This document shows positions 1-10,100 of a stretch of 64,000 nt of DNA, one piece after another. Origin of the DNA: Rotaria socialis (taxonomy: Eukaryota). The stretch is from contig CAJNYD010000185.1 in NCBI GenBank assembly GCA_905331295.1, positions 62,001-126,000 on the forward strand. The letters run 5' to 3'. Below the pieces are notes generated by a model. That model was not told the origin of the DNA. It made no database searches and was given only the letters and a program-made list of their open reading frames with translations. The first letter of the stretch is position 1; the number at the start of each line of letters is the position of its first letter. The position numbers and the translations under genes are program-made.

Positions 1-989
1 TGCGTCAAATGTTGAAGCATTCAATGAACGATAGTGGAATAGTTTTTATCGAATGATTCCTATCTGAATGACTAGGAATAATTTTAAAAAACGTCTCTTG
101 AAATACTGACGACTATTCATATTTTTAAATAAATGAAATATTTTTCTCTTTGGATTACCATATTAGAGCTGATATAGATTATTAAGTGAATATAAGTTTT
201 TGAATATTGAGTTGCTTGTAGGCTTTCAACTTCCTCAATAAGACATTCATTGAAACGTTTATAATATGTACCTATATGTATTTTACGTCATTAGTATACG
301 GAAAAAATATTCGAACTTGGAACTTGTAGAACCGATTTCCAATGAATTCTATTTACATAAGACTTCTATGGCGTAGTCCTTATTTTGCTCTCCCATTCTA
401 TATTATTTGCGTTGTTAGTTAACAATTACCTTGATACCCTTATTGCTCTTTGTAGCAATGATTTTGATTGCAGTACATTTTTTTTTCTGTTCTATATTAA
501 CATTTTGTCGCTTTCTTGATGCTTACTTGGTTTTTACCCACTTGCATGACCTATAAATGCAGCTGTTTGTTATTTATTTCAGATAAGACGTGCTTGGAAA
601 TTTCCAACAAACCTTCATATAAAGTACCTGGTTTTTTCCATTCAATTAACCATCAATATGTTTTGTCAATAAAAACTAGGATGTATTGGAAATTCCTTTA
701 CAGCCAATATGTATGTATATATATACAGTGCTATTCACAAATATAGAATCGCTGTGGAATTCAGTTTTCTTTTAATTTTTTTTCTTCTCCATATCACGTT
801 TTCTACTCAAACCTACTCTATAAAATAGTTTTCGATGTGTTCTTTCAGAACCTACCGCGGTAGATTCTAAAAGAGCATATCGAAAGCTATTGTAAAGAGT
901 AGGTTTAAGCAGAAAAGCGATATGGGGAAGGAAAAAAATTAAAAAGAAAACTGAACTCGAGAGTGATTCTATATTTGTGAACAGCACTG

Positions 990-1168
990 TATGTCGCAGG
1001 ACAGGTTAAAATTCAGTTCAGATTAAAATCGATTGAAATAATTTTGATCTGAACTAGTTCGCTTTAAAATTAAACAAAGAAGATTTTAAACTGAACTATT
1101 ATAGTTCAGGTTAAAATTATTTCAATCGATTTTAATCTGAACTGAATTTTAATCTGTCCTACAACATA
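990..1168. mobile_element. Palindromic MITE, about 175 bp, flanked by TA
   Basis: The left arm tgtcgcaggacaggttaaaattcagttcagattaaaatcgattgaaataat is the near-exact reverse complement of the right arm attatttcaatcgattttaatctgaactgaattttaatctgtcctacaaca. TA lies at 990-991 and 1167-1168. Confidence 0.75.
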
Positions 1169-1362
1169 TACATATATATATATATAATTGTATGCTGCCA
1201 AACGATTATTCGATGCATTCGTGTTAGCAATAGAAAAGTAAGATATCAGTTTAAATAGGTACGTATGTCGCATATATTGGAAAGTTAAACTAAAACTAGA
1301 ACTGTTCTGTCACGTATTACGAAATACGTAATAGATACTTGTGAGCTCAAGGTCACTACCCA

Positions 1363-1649
1363 CCCAGGTCAATGATTCCGGAGGACGGATACTGTAGGAG
1401 CCGGCCAGAAAGATGCGGAAAAATCACCGTATCTGGTCGGAAAGCGCTGGAAAGTGGAAGTAGTATTCTGGTCAGCAGTTGCCGGATATTTTCGATGTAT
1501 TCCGGTCAACTTCCAGCGGGAAATCACAGGAAACTTGGCAGGAATTCACAGGAAAATAATCCGGCTATTTCCGACCGGAATACCGCTTCCACTTTCCAGC
1601 GCTTTCCCGTGCTTTCCGGTCGTTTCCCGCCGTACCTCCACGACTAGGG
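1363..1649. mobile_element. GC-rich MITE-like element with CCC..GGG termini
   Basis: GC-rich island. Internal inverted repeat: ggaaagcgctggaaagtggaag (about 1439) versus cttccactttccagcgctttcc (about 1607). Degenerate termini cccaggtca..ggaggacgg and ccgtacctcc..cgactaggg. Confidence 0.65.
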
Positions 1650-1958
1650 ACTGGATAGGGGTGAAGTAGCTTACCGCCACTCTCGACAATGATGTTTATT
1701 TGCTTCTTCACATATCCAGAGTGTAACAACTTCATACATAACACCCGTATATATATAGGATAGAGATATATTAGAACAATGAAAAAGAGAACAGGAAGAG
1801 AAGGAAGGCGAATTATCGAAGCGTGCCATCAATATCGCACAATATCCTTTGGAACTATTTGGCTACGTGGTCAAAGCGATGGGCGATGTTAATGCTTAAC
1901 TTGAAGAAAAAATTGGCTAAGTGACCAGTTTGAAAAAAGGTAAATAACGCACAGAGAT

Positions 1959-2322
1959 CCCTAGTCAACTCTCCCTAGAAGAATCCCCAGGGAGTCCCCT
2001 GACAAATCCCCGTGGACTCACGACAGGGAGTCCCTAGGGATTTCGTTCTTTTATGGGGACTCACTGGGGACTCCCCGGGGAGTTATATGACCAAAATCGA
2101 TGAAATATCTAATTACTAATAAATTCTTCTAAATTTTTTAAAATTTAAAAAAATTAGAAAGTTTTTTTTTAATTTTAAAAAACTTCACCAATTCTCCCCA
2201 GAGAAATCCCCGAGGAGTCCCCCAAATAAAAAGTCCCCGGGGACTCACGACAGGGACTCCCCAGGGATTTCGTTATTTTGCGGGGACTCCCCGGGGAGTC
2301 GTCGGGGGAGAGTGGATTAGGG
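1959..2322. mobile_element. MITE-like element with CCCTAGTC-type TIRs and internal GGGGACTCCCC repeats
   Basis: TIRs ccctagtcaactctccc and gggagagtggattaggg. Two GC-rich blocks, each containing ggactcacgacaggga...gggatttcgtt, flank an AT-rich spacer. Confidence 0.7.
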
Positions 2323-2613
2323 AGGCATCTCTTCTATCCAAAATCATCACATTATGGTGTCATAGAATGATACTAAACGTGTTTGTTTATTTTCTAGATT
2401 TATACCTATTGGATTTTCATGAGTTTCAAAGATCTTTCATAGCAACGACAGCAATAATCAATCCATAGAGAACTTCATACAAGACAAGTCTTCTATTAAT
2501 CAGCGCAATTCAAATATGAACTATAAAGAAGGTATATAAAAATAAAATACTTTGCCAAAAATTTACTTTCTCTCTTGGTTTTTATAGCATCTCGTAAGAC
2601 GCAAAGCAAAAAG

Positions 2614-3633
2614 ATGGGTCTGGTTGTTATCACCATTTTAGCTTTTAGTATATTGATATTGCATAAGCTTATTACTCATTTCAGCGTTAGTTCAATCACA
2701 TACATACGATCACCACCACCAGGAAAGTCACGCTTCATGGTTAATATGGTTATTACTCAGAGTCAAGCAAGTGTTCCACCATTACCTATCTATTCACTTG
2801 ATACTGAATGTAAAACTGATTTAAACGAGTCAACGTCTCAGATACGTAGGACACAATTTGACAAAATTTTCGACAATCGAGTCTGGAATCATCTGGGTGG
2901 TAGCCGTTCAGGGCCGGGCTCATCATTGGAAGGTGCTTTTGATTGGATAGCACATTTACGGACATTAATGGAACATCATTCGATTCAGTCTATTGCTGAT
3001 ATACCTTGCGGTGATACCTATTGGCAATTTGGTCTTCGAGAAATTAATACTATCGAAAAACTATATTTTGGTGGTGATATATCAACGCGAGTAATAAAAC
3101 AAAATCAAAAACTATATGGATTCAAACATAATAATAAATTATTTCAATATTGGGATCTTGTTAATTGTCCAATACCAACATTCACATATAGAAATTCGAC
3201 GCATGAAATCAAAGGCAATCGATTTGATTTAATTATTGTTCGTGATGCATTACAACATATGCATATTAAAAATGGTTTGAAAGCTGTACGAAATGTGATT
3301 AAGTCAGGTGCAAAATATTTTGCATTGAGCACTTATCCACCGAATGGAAGACCTGCAGGATCGGTGAGGCGTTCAATAGAAAAAAATAGCACATTACCAT
3401 TGACATTAAATGAATGTATCAACAGCACTTACTGTAGTACTGGTGCGATTACAGATGGTGGATTCTATCCGAATAATATTAACTGTCATCCATTTAATTT
3501 TCCTTTAAGCAAAGCAATACTTGTACAACCATCTCACGAAAAATTTCCTATGGAGCATGATGAAATGCATATTTATAAAATTGATGACGAATTTAAGAGT
3601 ATTGTGGAAAAGTATGACAAAGCATGTACTTAA
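2614..3633 (+). CDS. Intronless class I SAM-dependent methyltransferase-like protein with N-terminal membrane anchor (HGT candidate)
   Basis: 339-aa ORF from ATG 2614. Hydrophobic N-terminus. Contains FDKIFDNRVW..SRSGPGSSL, a motif I-like IADIPCGD, GGDIS and FDLIIVRDALQHM, which match a methyltransferase type familiar from bacteria, algae and protists. Confidence 0.75.
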   Translation: MGLVVITILAFSILILHKLITHFSVSSITYIRSPPPGKSRFMVNMVITQSQASVPPLPIYSLDTECKTDLNESTSQIRRTQFDKIFDNRVWNHLGGSRSGPGSSLEGAFDWIAHLRTLMEHHSIQSIADIPCGDTYWQFGLREINTIEKLYFGGDISTRVIKQNQKLYGFKHNNKLFQYWDLVNCPIPTFTYRNSTHEIKGNRFDLIIVRDALQHMHIKNGLKAVRNVIKSGAKYFALSTYPPNGRPAGSVRRSIEKNSTLPLTLNECINSTYCSTGAITDGGFYPNNINCHPFNFPLSKAILVQPSHEKFPMEHDEMHIYKIDDEFKSIVEKYDKACT

Positions 3634-3991
3634 CGGAAACAGATTTGATGAAATTTATAAACAATTAAAATAATTATTTTAATCTTTATGCAACATTTGG
3701 TATCAATAGAAAGCTTCAAAATAAATGTTATACATTGAATTCAATATTTTATTTATCATGAAGCGCTTTTCGTTGTTTCTTTAAATTTCTATTCGCTATA
3801 ATGTTCATATTTTTTTCTTCTACGCAAGCCTTTTATTAGGATAATTCTTTTTATTCGATTTGTTGGAATATATCATAAAGTCGTGTATGGCAAATAGACT
3901 TGAAATATCGCTTTATTTATTGACAAACATATCAAGTGCTGCTATTTATGACTATTTTAACATGCGAGCACAATCATTGCAACTATAACTA

Positions 3992-4526
3992 GATGGTATT
4001 CAAGTTTCACTCGAATACGAAATGCGATGCGAAGCAGGAATCTCGATCCAGGAAAAATCTTCAATTCAGAGAAATCTTGAATACTTTTTTATGTCGACAT
4101 AATGAAATTCATCACTGAGAAAACTCTATTCTTACTTAGCGATGTATTCTTAAAGATCGATTTCGATTGATCGATTAATTATCTCCATGATTCATTATCT
4201 TAGATCAGCTGTAAATAAATAGACTATAGTGGCTAACATATGTTCATGACGTCACTTTAATTATCTCTTGACAAATTTCTTTCATTTTCGTGATTTTGGA
4301 ACCACATTTGTGAGTAAACAAAAAGTCCGATAAAAAATTAGAAAAAAGATTTCTCAAGTTTGATCTTGATACTTCGATCTCACGTTTCAATGAGTTTTCT
4401 ACGATTTTTGGTTGTCGAGATCATCGCGACACAAAATGACGAAAACTATGCGTACGATCTCAAGTAAAAACTCGATGGTATTCAAGTTTCACTCGAATAC
4501 GAAATGCGATGCGAAGCAGGAATCTC
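3992..4526 (+). repeat. 53-bp direct repeat pair (3992-4044 and 4474-4526)
   Basis: gatggtattcaagtttcactcgaatacgaaatgcgatgcgaagcaggaatctc occurs twice, 482 bp apart. The second copy runs into the gap. Confidence 0.9.
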
Positions 4527-4917
4527 NNNNNNNNNNNNNNNNNNNNNNNNNNNNNNNNNNNNNNNNNNNNNNNNNNNNNNNNNNNNNNNNNNNNNNNNNN
4601 NNNNNNNNNNNNNNNNNNNNNNNNNNNNNNNNNNNNNNNNNNNNNNNNNNNNNNNNNNNNNNNNNNNNNNNNNNNNNNNNNNNNNNNNNNNNNNNNNNNN
4701 NNNNNNNNNNNNNNNNNNNNNNNNNNNNNNNNNNNNNNNNNNNNNNNNNNNNNNNNNNNNNNNNNNNNNNNNNNNNNNNNNNNNNNNNNNNNNNNNNNNN
4801 NNNNNNNNNNNNNNNNNNNNNNNNNNNNNNNNNNNNNNNNNNNNNNNNNNNNNNNNNNNNNNNNNNNNNNNNNNNNNNNNNNNNNNNNNNNNNNNNNNNN
4901 NNNNNNNNNNNNNNNNN
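4527..4917. other. Assembly gap (391 N)
   Basis: Run of N. Confidence 1.
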
Positions 4918-5099
4918 AAATGCTTCTGCTTCGCATCGCATTAAAAAAAAAACTCGCGACGGACTACAGAAATGCTTCTGCTTCGCATCGCATTAAAAAA
5001 AACTCGCGACGGACTACAGAAATGCTTCTGCTTCGCATCGCATTAAAAAAAACTCGCGACGGACAACCTAAATGCTTCTGCTTCGCATCGCATTAAAAA
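4918..5099 (+). repeat. Tandem repeat of about 50 bp, at least 3.5 copies
   Basis: Unit aaatgcttctgcttcgcatcgcatt(a)nctcgcgacggactacag, with copies starting at 4918, 4970, 5020 and 5070. Confidence 0.9.
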
Positions 5100-7135
5100 T
5101 TAATTTGAAGCTGCTGTTGTCTTTAACCAAGACTCGATTTACAAAATTCAAGTGAATTTTAATTGTAAATATTTAAGATTTAATGTCATGTAAAATGTTT
5201 GACCAGGTGATGTCCAATCTTTTATTTATTTACTTGTAATTCGATGAAGAAGATCATATCTAATCAGTGCAAATTAAGATTTCACGTTGCTTCTATTCCG
5301 ATATACGATGTCTCAATTCAAACTATGAGTTCGATTTTTTTGATTATCATAGTTGCTAGAAAAATATTTTATTGATTTTAATAATTGCTTATAAAAAACC
5401 AGATATGAGCTAGTAAAAAGAAGAACTATGAAACTATCTCTAGACATATGAAATCCTAATTTTAGCGAACTAATTTTGATTGGTTCCAAGAAATCACACG
5501 TAGATGAAATTACGCAAATTTAAGTAATATATTGTTTGAAAATAAAGAAATTAATTCTATCATTTACTGCTCATATCAAAATTGAAATTTTGGATTACAT
5601 AACTATGATCATAAATATTTACATTGTGTATATTCTCGATGTCTACCTACAAATACCGATACAGGTTGTTCGTAATCTATTACCGTAATCAGATTTTCTG
5701 CTTCATATCAAACGCAGTATAACTAACTGCGTCTACGACATCCTGCACTCATGGTAGATATGTCATAATGTTATTTTATTCTGTCACGCATACACCCCTA
5801 TAATTGATTGTTCTCAAGTCAAATGAACATGGTAGTAAACAAACGGTTCATGTAAGCAATTCATGGCCGTATTTCATCGTTCGCGGCCGTATTCTTTCAG
5901 TAGAGAAGTACTTTGAAAACAAAATACTCAATACATGTAATAAAAAGTTTCGCGTTCTAACTGTAGCAATTATAAGATTTCTCCATTTTTATAAAGATGC
6001 AGATGTACAACTTTCTGAATAGAGAATAGTGTGTAATCAATATTAATAGTTTTATCAACTATTCATTCTCGAACAGTTTCAAACTTAATCTTTGTGGAAT
6101 GAATCCCTAATGAATTCATACTTTCTAATCTGCATTCTTGCCACTATCGCTATAAAACCAAACCACGAGAATAATAATTCTACAAGGTTTTCCCGATTAA
6201 TTCAGCACTTAACCCTATAATTTCGCAATGACATGAAGTTTTTGCGATATGAATTTCATAAATAATATTATCATGAAAATAAAGCAAGAAAAAAATATTT
6301 TCAATCAATAGTCTTTTTCGTTCATTTAATCAAATAAAACAGTTCATAGAGTGTGAATAGTCTCTTCGCGGACATTCGCATTCCGAAAGAATCAGACGGC
6401 CAAGTTGTCCATACACGTTACCTTAACTATTTCAGATAAATTTATCAAGACATAAATGAGTCAGAATTCAACATTTGTTGTTCTACGTTTGTCGACGATT
6501 GTTTTGAAGGAAGCATGCAATTATTATTTTCCCAGAAAATCAGACTTTAGACAATGTCTGATTGTTGATAAAATAAATGTGATGTGAGATTAAATACTAC
6601 ACTGTAAAGATATACAATTAAAGGAATAAAAATGTCGATAAAAAATGTTTTGTAAAACATATCATTTTTCAAATAATAATGCGTTGATTTTCGAAGTACA
6701 TGCAGAAAGACGAGAGCAATTTAATCTATTTATTATTGACTTTAACTAAATGTGTACTACTGTTGTAAAAACAGTTGTATTGGCTAGTTTAAAAATAATT
6801 ATACAATTGAGTACGTGAAATAAGATGAAGTTTTAATGCGGCTTAAAATTATAGCCAAAAGTTCCCTCTATCGTGTTAGTTTGAGTAGAATCTGAGGAAG
6901 AGAAACGCGAGTCTCAAAGCCACATAGCATGGTATTAATGATGACGCATTTTATTATGTGTTCGTATTCTCTATAGTCTAAACTTGTAGGCAAATAAAAT
7001 GTCATAAATAAAAAAGAATCCAATGACTTGTTCTGTTCCCCTCATTTTTTATTATTATTATTCATGTCTTTTTCTGTTATCGTAGCGTCATTCTTCGATA
7101 TCAATATCATCCGAATTCTTTACAACTGTTAATCC

Positions 7136-10100
7136 ATGTCTGGCATTACAACTAATAGTGCTGATGGTTTTCATGTTCTTTCACAGATACTGAGCTGTTT
7201 ACTGCTTGTTGGATGGGCTTTTCTTGCAATATTTCATTTGCTTGGTATCTTCTATGGGTAAGCACATAATTTATTAGAACTAGAAGAAAAGAAGAAAAAA
7301 AATTTAATATGAATATTTGTTTTTCTATGTTTGAAAAAATATTTGAATAGAGTCATTTCAATAGTACCAATGAAATATAATTTGCGTGCGTATAGGTCTT
7401 TGCATTTATTTGGTGACAAATTAATTGTGATTCATTTAGAGCCACCAATAATATGCGTAGGTGTTATGAAAAGGGGTTATTATTATTTTTTGCATAAATC
7501 CATGATAATATAGCGTATATAGAATTATTCATCGGTCAATAAATCATTTTAATGGCGTATAAAACAAAAACAGTAGAATATGTGTATATTATTTCACAGC
7601 GAAACAGTTATTTATGATTATAAGAAATAAGACTTGATCAAAACCATACAATGATTAGCTTACTAAATTGCAAGAAGTGGGAAAAAAAGATACTCAAGAG
7701 AATTCTATTTTTACAATTTCCTATGGGAAATGTTTTTTCTGTTATTTTTTACATAATCTGCATTTGGTGAAAGTATATTTGTGTTAAAGAATTCAACATG
7801 TTTGACAAAAATCGAAAAAGTTAATTTCCTTCACTTCTTACAAAAATTGTGCTGGTTTTTCTTTTTTTTTCGAAGCATGCAACAGCACTCTACTTTCGTA
7901 GGGAAGTATTTTTCACGTTTCAGAACGCAAAATTTATTAAAACTTTTTTCTTACCCTTGAGAACAGCCAAATTGAAAAAAGAAAGGTGTTTTGAACTGGA
8001 TTTTTAGTAGAAATAAAAAAAAAATGCAAGACGGTCGCCATGGCCAAATTCTCTTTTCTTATACTCCGACCAAACACTCCAAAGAACCGTTAGTAATGCA
8101 TTACTTCTTTTCTCGTCTTCTGTTTCTTTCTGTCGCATATTATTAAGAAGTCACAACTGTCCTTTTTTTTTCATTGCGTTCTTTTACTCAATTTTACTTT
8201 ACATCAGAACGTCGATCTGCTTTTCCGTCTGTTGTTGTTCTGTACACCTGCATTCTAGTGAAAACAGAATCTAATGAGTCTACATGTAGTGATTTATCTA
8301 TGAAAAATTTGCATTGCAATACTATTTCCTACAATCATAGTTGGTCATGTCGTTTCTTCATATTATCTATACACTTGCTCTCACTGTCAGTCTTGTTTTG
8401 GCTATATTAGTTTTAATATTGGTTTGGTTATTTCATTGCGGTGGTCTTAGTTATGGGTAAGAAATTTTTGCGTTTCTAATTTAGTCCCTATTGAAAAAAT
8501 TACACGCTAACTAGAAATTTGCTGAAATTATTATTATTATTGTTTATATATATATCGAATATTCATATAGATGAGATATTGAATTAGTTAGTAAAAAAAA
8601 AATCAGTTCCTTTTCTTCGTCATAGTAATAGGTAACAAAAAAAAACAACAATAGGCATAAAAAAATTTCTTTCGATGAATCTATGATTATTTGTTACTCT
8701 TTATTGGTTGGTATTCATGATTAATGTTTGCTTTTCTTCCTCCCTATATTTACAGATGTATGCGAAGGAATAAATGAATTCATAATATTTGAAAATGATA
8801 AAATATCGTACGTTTAATTACGTTAAATCTATCTTATCAATTCTTTTTGGCTACAGAGATATACGACGAGTAATAGAATATTAATTGAAGAAACCTAAGT
8901 AAAACATCATGATCATCCCCGCATGAAATGAATGTTGGCATATACAACTATAATAAGAAAAAAAAAATGCACATTCTACGGCTATTGTTCGCGACAGAAA
9001 AAAACAAAATAAAAGAATCTAAATCATATTAAAATGAACACATAAAAAATAAAAATTAATAGGCATTTTTTTCTCTCCTGCAAGGTAAGTATACATTATC
9101 ACATGCATAAAAAAAAGTTGAAAACTATTTTCATTGCGAGAGTCACTTTAAAATTCGTTGTTATTCAAAGCAACAAATGTGAATCTTAAATGAATAAAAA
9201 AACACTTTTATTTATTTTTAGCTTTTATAAATTTCACCGAAAAAAAATACCAAACAATCTAAAAGAGTTACCTGGAATATCAATTATTAAACCGTTGACA
9301 TGCGCTGATTCGAATTTATATGATAACCTAAAGACATTTTTTAATTTGAAATATCCTCGAGTATGCATAGATTTGTATTTCATATTGATAAATTTGTATA
9401 AAGCTTTATATTCGTTTCAGTATGAGTTACTCTTTTGTCTACAAGAACATGATAGTGAATTGATCGCCATGATCGAAAGACTGAGAGCACAATATCCACA
9501 TGTTGAATCACAATTGTTTGTTGGTATGTATGATAAATATAGATTTGTATAGTGTAGTATTCAATTTATTCAAAAAAATCACGCAGGCTCTCAATATGCA
9601 GAGAAAAGACAGGAGAACAACAGCGATGATGATGATGATGACGACGACGACAACGATAATCAGAAGAATGATAATCTTCGGTCGGTGTCAAATAACAAAG
9701 ATATTCCATCAACAAGCAAACGAATGATTTCACGAAAACGACCTACATGTTGCGGTATATATATATATTTAAAAAAAAAGACTTTTTAATACCCTAGCGA
9801 TTCTAATGGCTAGTCTAATAATGATTACGAATTAAAAATAACATTTTCATTCTTTGCTTATAAATGTTTAGATGATTTATTTTTTTTTCTGAAAAATAAA
9901 TTTTTGATTATTTTTTATTTTAGGTACACAAAAATTTTCATCCGGTGATGCATTACTAAAGACTGGAACGATGGAAATAGTAAATCCAAAGATATTTAAT
10001 ATGTTAGGGGCCTATGAGAAAGCTCAATATCCATTATTTTTAATCTCAGATAGTGGTCTAATGATGTATGAAGATACATTATTCGAAATGGCTTTATGCA

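Noticed and set aside
1372..1669. Two overlapping ORFs (91 and 71 aa)
   Set aside because: They lie within a GC-rich inverted-repeat element where stop codons are rare.
4412..5096. Long ORFs listed in the ORF track
   Set aside because: They are artefacts of reading through the N gap.
4918..5099. CRISPR-like repeat-spacer array
   Set aside because: The sequences between repeats are essentially identical, there are no cas genes, and the context is eukaryotic. It is a tandem repeat.
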